A stretch of 64,000 bases of DNA from the IMG/VR virus record IMGVR_UViG_3300046500_000156; one strand, written 5' to 3'. This DNA is from an uncultured virus (IMG/VR IMGVR_UViG_3300046500_000156) (Duplodnaviria > Heunggongvirae > Uroviricota > Caudoviricetes > Schitoviridae). Positions 14,743 through 25,326 of this stretch are shown piece after piece. A program made the position numbers and the translations under genes. The stretch's first letter is position 1. Every line of letters begins with the position of its first letter. Below the pieces are notes generated by a model that saw nothing but the letters and a program-made list of their open reading frames with translations, was not told where the DNA came from and did not search any database.

Positions 14743-15425
14743 CCAAAGAACTCGTCGAACGGGCGGTGCCGCCCAACCTGAAGAGCGCGATCACCCCGCA
14801 GCTCGTGGACCTCGTCAACAACATCGCCGCTGACCCGCTCGTCGCTGAGCAGGTGCGCACCAACTTCATCAGCTACAGCTCGGTGCTCAAGGACGGCAAG
14901 TTCAAGACCGAGGACTACATCCATGCCTGTGCGTTCGTCGCCTACAAGCTGATGAACGACAGCAACAAGGATGCGTACTTCAAGACCTTCCCGCACCGGA
15001 TGCAGGCACTACTGGCCAAGGGCGCGGACGAGAAGACCATCTCTTCCTACGTCTCGGCCTACGCCAAGAACAAGTTGGTGAACCTTGTTCTGGAACAGAC
15101 CATCGTGCCGAGCTGGGTGATGAACAACCACCTGTATCAGGAGGCCATCACAACCCAAGCCAACCTGATGAGAAGTGCACAGAGTGAAAAAGTCCGGCAG
15201 GAAGCTGCCAACTCACTGCTTACTCACTTGGCTAAACCCAAGGAAGCAGCCGGTGTAATCAACGTAGACATGCGGGAAACCTCCGGCATGACTGAACTCA
15301 AGGACATGTTGAACAAGATGGCCCAGCAGCAACGTGAACTCATTGCCAACGGAACCACGGCACAAGAGATCGCAGGCCAAAGACTGATTGAAGCCATTGA
15401 CGTGGAGGCGAAAGAGATCCCCTGA
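14736..15425 (+). CDS. N4 gp69-like protein (putative terminase small subunit)
   Basis: NFISYSSVL, KTFPHR, SEKVR..AANSLLTHL; directly upstream of terL. Confidence 0.8.
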   Translation: MLTKELVERAVPPNLKSAITPQLVDLVNNIAADPLVAEQVRTNFISYSSVLKDGKFKTEDYIHACAFVAYKLMNDSNKDAYFKTFPHRMQALLAKGADEKTISSYVSAYAKNKLVNLVLEQTIVPSWVMNNHLYQEAITTQANLMRSAQSEKVRQEAANSLLTHLAKPKEAAGVINVDMRETSGMTELKDMLNKMAQQQRELIANGTTAQEIAGQRLIEAIDVEAKEIP

Positions 15426-17014
15426 TGCTAATCCAACAAGAGCTTGACGCATGGCTCGACCAGGTCAATTACTCAGAATTGAACGCTGCGAGTTACATGC
15501 CAAGTGAGTTTGCCCTGTCTTTCATGAACTTCATCAAGCTCGTGAATGGCGAACAGGGCGAATCTCACAAGACACCGCCGGTTCACCTGAAGATGCTGGA
15601 CAAGGTAGTCGATAGCCAGTCCGACTACATCGCCAATCTCTGTTTCCGGGGTGCAGCGAAAACTACTCTGTTCTTCGAGTATTTTTCCCTGTTCCTCGCA
15701 GTGTTTGGCTACTTGCCCAAGTTCGGTAAGGTCGAGGCGATGATCTATGTGTCCGATTCGATGGACAACGGGGTGAAGTCTGCGCGCAAGAATATCGAGT
15801 TCCGCTACAACAACTCGGAGTTCCTGCAGCACTGGATCCCCAAGGCGACCTTCACCGACAACTACCTGGAGTTCGAATCCAAGGACGGCCACCGTCTGGG
15901 CATCAAGATGTTTGGTGCCAAGACCGGTATCCGGGGGACCAAGATCTTTGGTAAGCGCCCGAAGCTGTGTGTGCTCGATGACCTCGTGTCCGATGACGAC
16001 TCGAAGTCCAAGGCCGCGATGATCGCCATCAAGGACACCGTCTATAAGGGCGTGAACCACGCACTGGACCCGACCAAGCGCAAGATCATCTTCAACGGCA
16101 CCCCCTTCAACAAGGAAGACATCCTGATCGAAGCGGTGGAGTCGGGCGGCTGGGATGTGAACGTATGGCCGGTGTGTGAGCGCTTCCCGTGCACCGAGGA
16201 AGAGTTCGTCGGCGCCTGGCCGGATCGTTTCACCTACAAGTTCGTGAAGGACCAGTATGACCTGGCCGTCCTCACGGGGAAGGTGGCGGCATTCATGCAG
16301 GAGCTGATGCTGCGCATCTCCTCGGATGAGGAGCGGCTCGTGCAGGATGAGGAGATCCGCTGGTACAGCCGGCAGAACCTGTTGAACAATCGCAACAGTT
16401 TTAACTTCTACATCACCACCGACTTCGCTACGTCAGAAAAACAGACGGCTGACTTCTCCGTGATCAGCGTTTGGGCATACAATTCCAACGGCGACTGGTT
16501 TTGGGTCGATGGCGTGATGGAACGCCAGAAGATGAACAAGACGGTAGACGATCTGTTCCGTCTCGTTCAGCAGTACAAACCGCAGCAGGTAGGCATCGAG
16601 ATCACGGGACAGCAGCAGGGCTTCATCTCCTGGCTCCAGAACGAACAGCTGAATCGCAACATCTGGTTCAGCTTCGCGTCGAGCGAGAAGAGTGGCACCC
16701 CTGGCATACGCCCAATCACCGACAAGCTCTCCCGCTTCAACTTGGTTGTTCCTTGGTTCAAGGCTGGGAAGTTCTTCTTCCCGGAAGAGATGAAGCAAAG
16801 CGTCATCATGGGACGAGCGATGAACCAGATCAAACTGGTCACATCCTCCGGCATCAAAGGCAAAGACGACTTCGTGGACACCGTGTCCATGCTGGGCTTC
16901 CTCAAACCGTGGAAGCCGTCTGACTCTGCGCCTGCCACCCCCGACGAAGTGCAGATCTTTGAGGACGAGGAACAGCACTCGGAACCGAGCGGCCTGTCCG
17001 CTTATATCGTGTGA
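15425..17014 (+). CDS. terL: terminase large subunit (gp68-like)
   Basis: FRGAAKTT Walker A, LCVLDDL Walker B, TTDFAT nuclease, KDDFVD. Confidence 0.95.
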   Translation: MLIQQELDAWLDQVNYSELNAASYMPSEFALSFMNFIKLVNGEQGESHKTPPVHLKMLDKVVDSQSDYIANLCFRGAAKTTLFFEYFSLFLAVFGYLPKFGKVEAMIYVSDSMDNGVKSARKNIEFRYNNSEFLQHWIPKATFTDNYLEFESKDGHRLGIKMFGAKTGIRGTKIFGKRPKLCVLDDLVSDDDSKSKAAMIAIKDTVYKGVNHALDPTKRKIIFNGTPFNKEDILIEAVESGGWDVNVWPVCERFPCTEEEFVGAWPDRFTYKFVKDQYDLAVLTGKVAAFMQELMLRISSDEERLVQDEEIRWYSRQNLLNNRNSFNFYITTDFATSEKQTADFSVISVWAYNSNGDWFWVDGVMERQKMNKTVDDLFRLVQQYKPQQVGIEITGQQQGFISWLQNEQLNRNIWFSFASSEKSGTPGIRPITDKLSRFNLVVPWFKAGKFFFPEEMKQSVIMGRAMNQIKLVTSSGIKGKDDFVDTVSMLGFLKPWKPSDSAPATPDEVQIFEDEEQHSEPSGLSAYIV

Positions 17015-17021
17015 GGGTGAC

Positions 17022-17726
17022 GTGAACATCTCAGATCTTTTTGCCGATCTCTCCTTCGGCGAGCTGGCTACGCTTGCGCTCGCCTCGGACGGGGACGGTC
17101 TGATCACGGATGCGGGCAAGGAGCGGGTGATCCGCTTCGCCAATGACGGGCTGCTCAAGCTCTACACCCGCTTCGTGCTCAAGCAAAGCGATGTGCTCAT
17201 CGATCTGGTCGAGCACATCACCAACTACCACCTGTCGAAAAAGTTCGCCCAGTCGCAGGCCGGCAACACCACGCAGACCGATCTCTACATCAAGGATCTG
17301 TACGAGGAGCCGTTCTCCGATGACGTGATCCGCATCCTCTCTGTGTTCAGCAGCGAGGGCGGTGAGTTGCGCCTGAATGACGAGAACGACCGCTGCTCGG
17401 TGTTCACCCCGCAGCCCACCGTGCTTCAGGTGCCGGATCCGGTAGACGGCGTGACGCTTTCCATTGGCTACCAGGCCAAGCACCCGGTGCTCACGCTCGC
17501 TGACCTCACGCAGGAGATCGAGCTGCCGGACGTGCTGCACCCGGCACTCAGGGACTGGATTGCTTACCGGACCTTCAACCAGATGAAGACGCAGGAAGCA
17601 CAGGCCGATGCGCAATCACACCTGTCGGCGTATGAGGCGACCTGCAACGAAGTGATCCTCACCGACGCTGTGAGCCAGAGCCAGTCAACGACCAACAACC
17701 GCTTTCAACAAAACGGGTGGGCATAA
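17022..17726 (+). CDS. head-tail adaptor (N4 gp67-like)
   Basis: LSFGEL, N.GL..LYTRF.LK, C-terminal F..NGW; synteny. Confidence 0.8.
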   Translation: MNISDLFADLSFGELATLALASDGDGLITDAGKERVIRFANDGLLKLYTRFVLKQSDVLIDLVEHITNYHLSKKFAQSQAGNTTQTDLYIKDLYEEPFSDDVIRILSVFSSEGGELRLNDENDRCSVFTPQPTVLQVPDPVDGVTLSIGYQAKHPVLTLADLTQEIELPDVLHPALRDWIAYRTFNQMKTQEAQADAQSHLSAYEATCNEVILTDAVSQSQSTTNNRFQQNGWA

Positions 17727-17729
17727 CCT

Positions 17730-20600
17730 ATGGGCATGAGAAACACGCTTGACCGCAAGAAGGTCAATGCGACACCCCCCATCGATAAGGCGCTCGGCAC
17801 GGCCTACGATGTGGTGGCCTCGGTCGCAGAAAAGCTGCCGATCATCACGTACCTGGAACAGAACGTCGATGGCTTTGTCACCGACATCCACAACGCACTG
17901 GACACCTCGGTCGCTGCAGCACAGGCCGCAGACACCAGTGCGGATCTGGCCAAGGACAGCGAGACGGCAGCGAAGCTGAGTCAGGATGCAGCACACGCTT
18001 CGGAGCTGGCTTCCGCCCAGAGTGAGAGCAATGCCTCGGCGTCTGAGTCTTCCTCCTTGGCTCACATGGGAGCGGCAGCTGCATCGGAAGCTGCAGCCCT
18101 GGTCAGTCAGAATGCTTCGCATGATTCGCAAGTGGCATCGGCTGCCAGTGAAACAGCAGCACTCGCCTCCAAGCAGGCCGCAGCGCTGAGCGAGTCGAAT
18201 GCCGGAACCAGTGAGGTGAATGCCGGCCACTCGGCAGATGCTGCCTCGCAAAGTGCGGGGGCAGCAGGCACGGCCAAGGTGGCAGCGGAAGCCGCTCGGG
18301 ATGCAGCCGCGCTTAGCGAATCCAATGCTTCTGCGTCGGCAGCGGCGGCATCGGATTCGAAAGCGGCAGCCTCACAAAGCGCAAGCAATGCGGTATCGAG
18401 CGCTACGCAGGCGGGACAGTCGCTTGATGATCTGCGCAACACAATCGCACCCTTGCTGACCTCGCAGGCGCAATATACCTTCACGGCAGCAGCAGGACAG
18501 ACCGAGTGGACGCCCCCGGCAGGAGTGACTTTTATCCCTGGCTCGGCGCAAGTCTTTGTTAACGGTATTCGCTGGAACCGCACAGAATCTTTTGATGACT
18601 CGACGGGGGCTAAGGTCACCTTCGTCAATGGCTTGACGATTGGTTATTCGGTCACTGTCGTACTGATCAATACAGTGGTCTTTCCTGTGACAGGCGCATC
18701 TGCGACCGACCTTGCAACTGCTGTGGCAGGCAAGGGCGCGGATATGGTCGGATTCGTAGGCGCGAATGGCGTTGCGACGACGGTCAGTGCGCTCGCATTG
18801 AGCGCGCCCGGCAAGGGCTCGAATCTCGTCGCGCACGGCGCGAAAACGATCGCGCAAGTAATTGATCCCGCGAATCAAAGTGATGCAGCAGCATTCGACG
18901 GAACGGAGCAGGCTGTAATCAAGCAGGCAGGCAGCTTTGCTCGCGTAACGCTCACGAAGATCGCGCAATGGGTCATGCAGTCTTATCGCGCACTGACGGT
19001 TGGCGGAAAAATCGCTGTCGGTGAGAACGCGCTGGCTGCATTGGCCGATGCTTACGATGTTGGATCGACAGGCAACGTTATCGCCATAGGTCGCGGCGCG
19101 ATGAGTGGCACGACGCAGGTAAAAAAGGCGATTGCGATTGGCCCAAACTCGCAAGCAGAAAGCCCGATCACGCGTGACAACATTGGCATCGGCGAAGATA
19201 CGCTGCGCTTTGTCACCGCGCTGACGCCCGACTACGACCAAACGAAGCTGCAAGGAACGCGCAACGTTGCGATCGGCGGAAACGCGGGGCGATTCGTTCG
19301 GAGCGGATACAACCACGTCATTATCGGGCGCAACGCGGGCCAAGGCATCCGCGACAATATCCAGTCGACCATTGTAGGTTCGAACGCAGCGGGCGGTTAC
19401 GCGCCGATTGGCCTGTCCGGCGTGATCGAAAATTGGGCGATCAACGACAATTCGGACGGTTTCGTAGCAGTCGGAGCCTATGCGCTGGCGCGCGTGACAA
19501 CGGGCTACAACGTTGCGGTCGGCACGTCAGCGGCATCCTCGCTCGTCGCGGGCCGTGGCAACGTCGCGGTTGGCCACAGCGCGCTGTCTCAGGCGGAAGT
19601 CAACAGCGGATTCAATGGCAACGGCGTAACGAACATAAGTATCGCTGGCACGTATTCGCAAGTCGGCACGACGCTGACGCTGACCATTCCGGCACATGGG
19701 TTATCGACGGGATTCACGGCGGGCTTTCGCTTGCTCGACGGTGCATCTCAGACTTTTCAATCGGACGTTGCGCCAGCTCCCGTCGCCTCGGTCATCGACG
19801 CGAATACGTTCACTGTCACGCACCCGATCAGTCGGACGGCAAGCGGAAACGCGCAGCTTTACTGGTACATCAACACGACGGCAGCAGCAACGTCGCAGAA
19901 CAATACGGTACTCGGCGCACTCGCTGCCAACGCAGCGACGACAATCAACAACAGTTCGATCATCGGATACCGCGCCGGAAACGAACTCACGACCGCCTCA
20001 GCTTCGGTGGCGATCGGGTATCGCGCGCTGACGCAGTTGACCGGGGCGACGAACTGCGTCGCCATTGGATCGGACGCCTTGCGCTTGATGACGGACGGCT
20101 CCAATCCGTCTGGAACTGGAACGAGCCGCATAGGGATCGGAGCGGGTTCGCGTGTTTCAGGCGACAACCAAGTTCAGCTTGGCGATTCATCGTCGACGAC
20201 CTATGTCTATGGCACGGTGCAGAACCGCTCTGATGCGCGCGACAAAGCGGACGTGCGCGATACGGTCCTTGGCCTCGATTTCATCAATGCGTTGCGCCCC
20301 GTCGATTACAAATGGGACATGCGCGACGACTACATCATCGCAAATGACGATGGAACCGTCACGAAGCTTCCGAAGGATGGTAGCAAGACGCGCGCTCGCT
20401 TCCATCATGGCTTGATCGCGCAAGACGTGCAGGCGCTGATTGAAAAAACGGGTATTGATTTTGGCGGTTTTCAAGACCACGCGAAAGCCGGTGGCTGCGA
20501 CGTTCTTTCGATCGGGTACGACGAACTGATTGCACCGCTAATCAAGGCGGTTCACGAGCTTTCAGCGCGCGTCGTGGAACTTGAGGCGAAGAACGCCTGA
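17730..20600 (+). CDS. tail fibre/spike with C-terminal intramolecular chaperone (peptidase S74)
   Basis: LGTAYDVV N-terminus, Ala/Ser coiled coil, N.AIG beta-roll repeats, SDARDK...GLIAQDV...YDELIAPLIKAV. Confidence 0.9.
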   Translation: MGMRNTLDRKKVNATPPIDKALGTAYDVVASVAEKLPIITYLEQNVDGFVTDIHNALDTSVAAAQAADTSADLAKDSETAAKLSQDAAHASELASAQSESNASASESSSLAHMGAAAASEAAALVSQNASHDSQVASAASETAALASKQAAALSESNAGTSEVNAGHSADAASQSAGAAGTAKVAAEAARDAAALSESNASASAAAASDSKAAASQSASNAVSSATQAGQSLDDLRNTIAPLLTSQAQYTFTAAAGQTEWTPPAGVTFIPGSAQVFVNGIRWNRTESFDDSTGAKVTFVNGLTIGYSVTVVLINTVVFPVTGASATDLATAVAGKGADMVGFVGANGVATTVSALALSAPGKGSNLVAHGAKTIAQVIDPANQSDAAAFDGTEQAVIKQAGSFARVTLTKIAQWVMQSYRALTVGGKIAVGENALAALADAYDVGSTGNVIAIGRGAMSGTTQVKKAIAIGPNSQAESPITRDNIGIGEDTLRFVTALTPDYDQTKLQGTRNVAIGGNAGRFVRSGYNHVIIGRNAGQGIRDNIQSTIVGSNAAGGYAPIGLSGVIENWAINDNSDGFVAVGAYALARVTTGYNVAVGTSAASSLVAGRGNVAVGHSALSQAEVNSGFNGNGVTNISIAGTYSQVGTTLTLTIPAHGLSTGFTAGFRLLDGASQTFQSDVAPAPVASVIDANTFTVTHPISRTASGNAQLYWYINTTAAATSQNNTVLGALAANAATTINNSSIIGYRAGNELTTASASVAIGYRALTQLTGATNCVAIGSDALRLMTDGSNPSGTGTSRIGIGAGSRVSGDNQVQLGDSSSTTYVYGTVQNRSDARDKADVRDTVLGLDFINALRPVDYKWDMRDDYIIANDDGTVTKLPKDGSKTRARFHHGLIAQDVQALIEKTGIDFGGFQDHAKAGGCDVLSIGYDELIAPLIKAVHELSARVVELEAKNA

Positions 20601-20659
20601 CCTCGAATAGCTCACGCCTTCATAGAATCGGCATGCCCTTTAACAAAAGGAAATATTGA

Positions 20660-21934
20660 ATGACTCTGCCACTGACAGAACAGGCGGCGGCTACCGTCGC
20701 CATCCCGCCAGCCAGTAAGGCGAATAGCGGGGCCAACTCGGACATCACTTCGCTCACGGGCCTGACGACTGCACTGCCGATTTCCGAAGGTGGTACAGGC
20801 GCAACTTCGGCTGCTGCTGCACGTACCGCTCTGGGTCTAGGCAGTGCTGCGACGAAAGATGTCGGCACCAGCGGCGCAGCGGTGCCGCTGCTCAGCACGG
20901 CGAACACCTGGGGTCTCCAGCAGACACACGCGGTACGCCCTACCTTCAACGGCAACACCCCCTGGGACAATGGCAATCTCGCCAGCCCCATGACACTCGA
21001 CACGGATCAAACCGTGACGGGGGTGAAGACGTTCACGGCAAACCCGTCGGTGGATGGCGCAGCAGCCACATACCGGAACACCAGCTACTCGACGGTAGGT
21101 GTGGCGCGGTGGAAACATGGTGCCAACCAGACTGCGGAAACGGGCAACAATGTCGGGTCAGACTACTCGGTTGATCGCTATACCGATGCGGGCGTGTGGA
21201 TCGACGCGCCCATCAGCGTCAAGCGCTCGACAGGTGTCACCACATTCTCGGTGCGTCCATTGTTCGGCGCAAATACGCCGTGGGATTCGGGCAACCTGAA
21301 CTTCGCTGCGCCGCCTGCGATTGGCGCGACGACGCCGAACAGCGCTAAGTTCACGAGCCTTTCGACGACGGCAGGCGTTGCAGCAGCAGGTACGATTCAG
21401 TCCGGGCCGGGCGGTAGTTCGCCCACAAGCTACGTCACGCCTACCGCGGTCTTTTCGACCTATACCGGCAATACGGGCGGGACTGACAAGTACACGGAGA
21501 TGTGGGCCGACAACACGACCGGCGGCATCTGGATTTCGCAGGGGTCGGGCTTCTCGAAGGGTCTTATTACAGCAACGGCGGCGCAAATTGCCAGCGGCAT
21601 TCCGCAAATTTTAGGTCGTAGTGCCACGGTACTGCACGCGCATTGGTCGGGCAACACGTCTGCGCCTAACAGCGGCACGGCCATCAATTGCACGGCGACA
21701 TGGCTATCAACGGGTCGTTTGCGTATCTGGTTGAGTACTGCGTTCGCTTTTGCCACCCATTCGATCAGCGTTACTGGCAATGCGCTATCCAACGGTACGA
21801 ACTGGCTCGTTGCGACGATGATCGGCAATGCCGGTGACGGAACCTACATTGATATTGGTTTCGTTATTACAGGTAGTGGCGCAGGCGTGATGGCTGAGGG
21901 CCAAATTCAACTGACTGTTTTCAAGGTGAACTAA
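20660..21934 (+). CDS. second tail fibre protein
   Basis: GANSDITSL, GGTGATSAAAARTALGLG, duplicated RP.F..NTPWD.GNL. Confidence 0.85.
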   Translation: MTLPLTEQAAATVAIPPASKANSGANSDITSLTGLTTALPISEGGTGATSAAAARTALGLGSAATKDVGTSGAAVPLLSTANTWGLQQTHAVRPTFNGNTPWDNGNLASPMTLDTDQTVTGVKTFTANPSVDGAAATYRNTSYSTVGVARWKHGANQTAETGNNVGSDYSVDRYTDAGVWIDAPISVKRSTGVTTFSVRPLFGANTPWDSGNLNFAAPPAIGATTPNSAKFTSLSTTAGVAAAGTIQSGPGGSSPTSYVTPTAVFSTYTGNTGGTDKYTEMWADNTTGGIWISQGSGFSKGLITATAAQIASGIPQILGRSATVLHAHWSGNTSAPNSGTAINCTATWLSTGRLRIWLSTAFAFATHSISVTGNALSNGTNWLVATMIGNAGDGTYIDIGFVITGSGAGVMAEGQIQLTVFKVN

Positions 21935-21935
21935 G

Positions 21936-22463
21936 ATGACAACGCGATATCGCATGACAGCAGCAGGGGCTGAAGCCGTCGCCGAAGACGGTACTGCGAC
22001 GCTGCTTACCGCTGGCTCCGACGAGTATGCGACGTTCTTCCAATGGCTCGTTGCAGGTGGCATTCCCGAAAATGCGATCAATGCCGAGACGTTGCCGGCC
22101 ATGAAGGCTCGACTTTCGGATGCCATCGACACCAAGGTGGCCGCCGTTTACGACAACTGGATGCGCTTTGCCGAGGAATACCGCAAGCGAGAGGCTGCGG
22201 CCCAGGCATTTAAGGATGCGGGCTATGCCGGTGATCCGGGTGTCTGGGTCACGGCCTTCGCAACGGCTGCCGGCAAGACCAATCAGCAAGCCGCCGATCT
22301 GATCCTCGCCCAGTCGGTCATGCTCAACGGTGCACTGGCCACGCTCGGCGCACTGCGCATGCGGAAGTACGAAGTCATCGGTGCCGCCGATGCCGCAGCA
22401 GCACAAGCGGCCTACGACGACATCCTGGCGAAGATCGAGCAAACCGCAGCACAGATCCAGTGA
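21936..22463 (+). CDS. tail fibre assembly chaperone-like protein
   Basis: Follows fibre; EY..K...A..F...GY.G motif. Confidence 0.6.
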   Translation: MTTRYRMTAAGAEAVAEDGTATLLTAGSDEYATFFQWLVAGGIPENAINAETLPAMKARLSDAIDTKVAAVYDNWMRFAEEYRKREAAAQAFKDAGYAGDPGVWVTAFATAAGKTNQQAADLILAQSVMLNGALATLGALRMRKYEVIGAADAAAAQAAYDDILAKIEQTAAQIQ

Positions 22464-22470
22464 GGACTTG

Positions 22471-22953
22471 ATGAAGATTGCATTTTTCAAAGGACGCCAC
22501 CCCGGCTGGAAAGGCTGGCTGGGCATCCTCACCCGGTGGTGGACGGTCGGCCCTTACTCACACTGTGAGCTGGTCTTCGGTGAGCCAGACGAGGAAGGAC
22601 TGTCCACTTGCTGGTCTTCCACCTGGCTCGACAAGGGCGTGCGCTGTGCGCAGGTCAAACTCGACCCGGCTGACTGGGACATCATCGACCTCAGTCACCT
22701 TGGGCCGAAAGCTGAAGCCAATGCCTTGGCCTGGTTCGAGTCGCACAAGGGAGCACCCTACGATGTGCTCGCACTCTTCGGGTTTCTGTTCCGTCCGATC
22801 AAGGGCATGGGCAACATGTACTTCTGCGACGAAGCCTGTCTCGAAGCGCTCAGCATCCCGGAAGCGTGGCGGCAGGATCCGAACTCGGCGGCGACGATTG
22901 TGCTCGGTATGTCTTCTCTCCTGGCTCCGGATGTTCAAGCCGTCGCTGCCTGA
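22471..22953 (+). CDS. permuted papain-like (NlpC/P60-related) phage protein
   Basis: GPYSHCELV, G..YD..A..G, YFC.E motifs. Confidence 0.65.
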   Translation: MKIAFFKGRHPGWKGWLGILTRWWTVGPYSHCELVFGEPDEEGLSTCWSSTWLDKGVRCAQVKLDPADWDIIDLSHLGPKAEANALAWFESHKGAPYDVLALFGFLFRPIKGMGNMYFCDEACLEALSIPEAWRQDPNSAATIVLGMSSLLAPDVQAVAA

Positions 22954-22968
22954 ACCAGGAGAAAAGAC

Positions 22969-23295
22969 ATGATCCGATTCAAGCGTGGGCAGACATTTGA
23001 CTTCACCGGCCAGCTCGTCAACAAGGGCGAGCCCTATCCGCTGGCAGGCTGTACGCTCTCGGCGGATATCCGGACCAAGCCGAACTTTGCCTTTGTGCAG
23101 CACATGACCTGCTCGGTCACGGATCTGACGACCTCGCTCGTACAGATCTATGCGCCGGCCACCGACACAGCGAAGTGGCTGGCCATGCCCCATCTGCTCG
23201 ACATCAAGCTGGTCAATGCCGAGGGCAAGACACTCATCTCCAATACCGTGGAGATCGATGTGCTCGACACTGTGACGGAGGTAGACACCGCATGA
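22969..23295 (+). CDS. tail-associated beta-sandwich protein
   Basis: IRFKRGQTF...L.G......IR...DIK pattern; tail cluster. Confidence 0.55.
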   Translation: MIRFKRGQTFDFTGQLVNKGEPYPLAGCTLSADIRTKPNFAFVQHMTCSVTDLTTSLVQIYAPATDTAKWLAMPHLLDIKLVNAEGKTLISNTVEIDVLDTVTEVDTA

Positions 23296-24734
23296 GTGAT
23301 GTGCTCGATCCACAGATCGAGCTTGAGATCGAGTCAATGAATGCGTCTCTCGCCGAGGACGCAATCATTGCCGATCTTGAGTCCGACAATCTGATCCTCC
23401 GGATGTACCAGCCGGGGGGTGTGCCAGAACCGGGTGATCCGTTCTTCGATTCGGATCTGCCCGGTGGCCTCACGCCTGCGCAAAAGGATCTGCTCGTCCG
23501 GGCGATTCAGGATACTGTTATCGCCAAGGCGATGGATGCACTGGATCCGGTGCTACAGGCCGAAGTTGAGGCACGCCAACTCGCTGACAGTATTCTCACG
23601 GCGACGGTTGAAACCGAGTCTGCCACCCGGCAAACCAATGAAGAGTCGGTGGCCATCCAGATCGATACGGTCGGCTCCCGTATTGATACGAACGTGGCGG
23701 CGATCCAGGAAGAACGAGTGGCACGCTCTACCGCCACTGATGCGATTGCGCTGCAGATCGAGCAGGTGGTGGCGACTACCGATGCCAACACCGCAGCGAT
23801 CAATGAGACGAAGATCGCCTACGCCGATGCAGATACCGCCATTGGCCGGCGTGTCGATGTGGTAGTAGCTGATGTCGGGCAGAACACGGCCTCGATTCTG
23901 TCGGAGCAGGAGACCCGAGCCGATGCGGACTCGGCCCTCTCGACTCGGATCGATCAAGTCGAGTCCAGCATGGACACGGCCAATGCCACGATCACGAGCA
24001 TCCAGACGACGCTTACGAATTCGAATGCGGCCAATGCGTCTTCGCTGCTGTCACTGTCGACCACGCTCAATGGCCACACGAGCACCATCAACACGCAGCA
24101 GACATCGATCAACGGGATTCTCGCCAAGTATTCGGTGACGCTCGATGTGAACGGGTATGTGACGGGTTTCAGCCTGATCAACAACGGCTCGTCTGGATCG
24201 ATGCGAGTGCGGGCTGACCGGTTCATCGTGGGCTTCCCCGGCTATTCTGATCAGCAGGCGTTCGTGATTCAGAACGTCAACGGGGTGGCTACCGTCAGCG
24301 TAAATGCCGCGGTCATTGGCGATGCGACGATCACCAACGCCAAGATCGCCTATGCGGCCATCGATAACGCCAAGATCGCGGATGCCTCGATCACGAATGC
24401 CAAGATCGCCGACGCCCAGATCACCACGGCGAAGATTGGCTATGCGCAGATCGACACCGCTCGCATCGGTGCTAATGCCGTGACGACGATGGTGGCGGCG
24501 AGCTACGTCACCATGGGGAGTTTCGTCTACACCTCCTCGGGCGGACAGGTGCTCATCATTGTCAACGCCAACGCCGGCTCGTGTGACCTGACGCTGGATG
24601 GTGGCACGGCGAGCTATTTGAGTAACGGCACTGTCACCTGGACCGGCACGCTGGGCGCCGGCAATCATACGATCGGCGCTTCGACCGGCACCGGCTCTGT
24701 TGTGTCCATTACCGTATTTGAGGCAAAACGATGA
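23292..24734 (+). CDS. tail-tip/host-specificity protein with DUF1983-like domain
   Basis: E...R..AD coiled repeats, YSVTLDVNGYVTG...VRADRF, ITNAKI pentapeptide repeats. Confidence 0.75.
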   Translation: MSDVLDPQIELEIESMNASLAEDAIIADLESDNLILRMYQPGGVPEPGDPFFDSDLPGGLTPAQKDLLVRAIQDTVIAKAMDALDPVLQAEVEARQLADSILTATVETESATRQTNEESVAIQIDTVGSRIDTNVAAIQEERVARSTATDAIALQIEQVVATTDANTAAINETKIAYADADTAIGRRVDVVVADVGQNTASILSEQETRADADSALSTRIDQVESSMDTANATITSIQTTLTNSNAANASSLLSLSTTLNGHTSTINTQQTSINGILAKYSVTLDVNGYVTGFSLINNGSSGSMRVRADRFIVGFPGYSDQQAFVIQNVNGVATVSVNAAVIGDATITNAKIAYAAIDNAKIADASITNAKIADAQITTAKIGYAQIDTARIGANAVTTMVAASYVTMGSFVYTSSGGQVLIIVNANAGSCDLTLDGGTASYLSNGTVTWTGTLGAGNHTIGASTGTGSVVSITVFEAKR

Positions 24735-25129
24735 GTGAAATCACGCAGGAAACCGCACAGGACGTCACGCAAACCAACTTTGTCATGGCTGACGCACAGG
24801 GCCGGATCTACATGTCAGCGAGCATGCCTCGCTACATGGTGGATCTGCAGTTGCTGCCTACAGGCGGTTCCCTGGTTCTTGGCACGGGGAGTTTCGACAC
24901 GGAGTATGTGTCCGATGGGCAGATCCTACCTCGTCCGGCGAACTCGGCCACGCTCGATGGCATGACGCTCAGGAACCTGCCGAGTCCCTGCACGATCACG
25001 CTGGAAGGGCAGACGCACGATTGCACGGACGATCACTGCGAGCTCTCGTTCAGCCATCCCGGCACGTTCACGGTTAAGGTGTCTGCCTGGCCGATGCTGG
25101 ATGCTGTCTTCGAGGTGACCCAGGCATGA
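24731..25129 (+). CDS. tail-associated hypothetical protein
   Basis: Coupled ORF in tail cluster. Confidence 0.6.
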   Translation: MSEITQETAQDVTQTNFVMADAQGRIYMSASMPRYMVDLQLLPTGGSLVLGTGSFDTEYVSDGQILPRPANSATLDGMTLRNLPSPCTITLEGQTHDCTDDHCELSFSHPGTFTVKVSAWPMLDAVFEVTQA

Positions 25130-25326
25130 AGATCCATACTGAAGTCGATCCCTTGCCGCTCAGGGCTGCGGCCTACATGGAGATCGGTGACCAGCTCGAT
25201 GCGCTGATGAAGGGCTTCGCTGCCCTCATGGACAAAGGCATTGAGCTGCCTGCTGAAACCCTGCTGTGGGTCGAACACTGTCAGGCCGTCAAAGACCGCT
25301 ACAAGAAGGGAGGCAGCAATGGCTAA
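25126..25326 (+). CDS. small tail assembly chaperone-like protein
   Basis: R..AY..IGDQLDAL...W......VK.RY.K. Confidence 0.6.
   Translation: MKIHTEVDPLPLRAAAYMEIGDQLDALMKGFAALMDKGIELPAETLLWVEHCQAVKDRYKKGGSNG

Noticed and set aside
17900..18420. Ala/Ser-rich quasi-repeats in the tail fibre
   Set aside because: Ordinary coiled-coil stalk of Stf-like fibres.
20930..21300. Duplicated NTPWD.GNL segments as a diversity-generating retroelement
   Set aside because: Protein-level repeat common in fibres; no reverse transcriptase or adenine-specific repeat pair seen.
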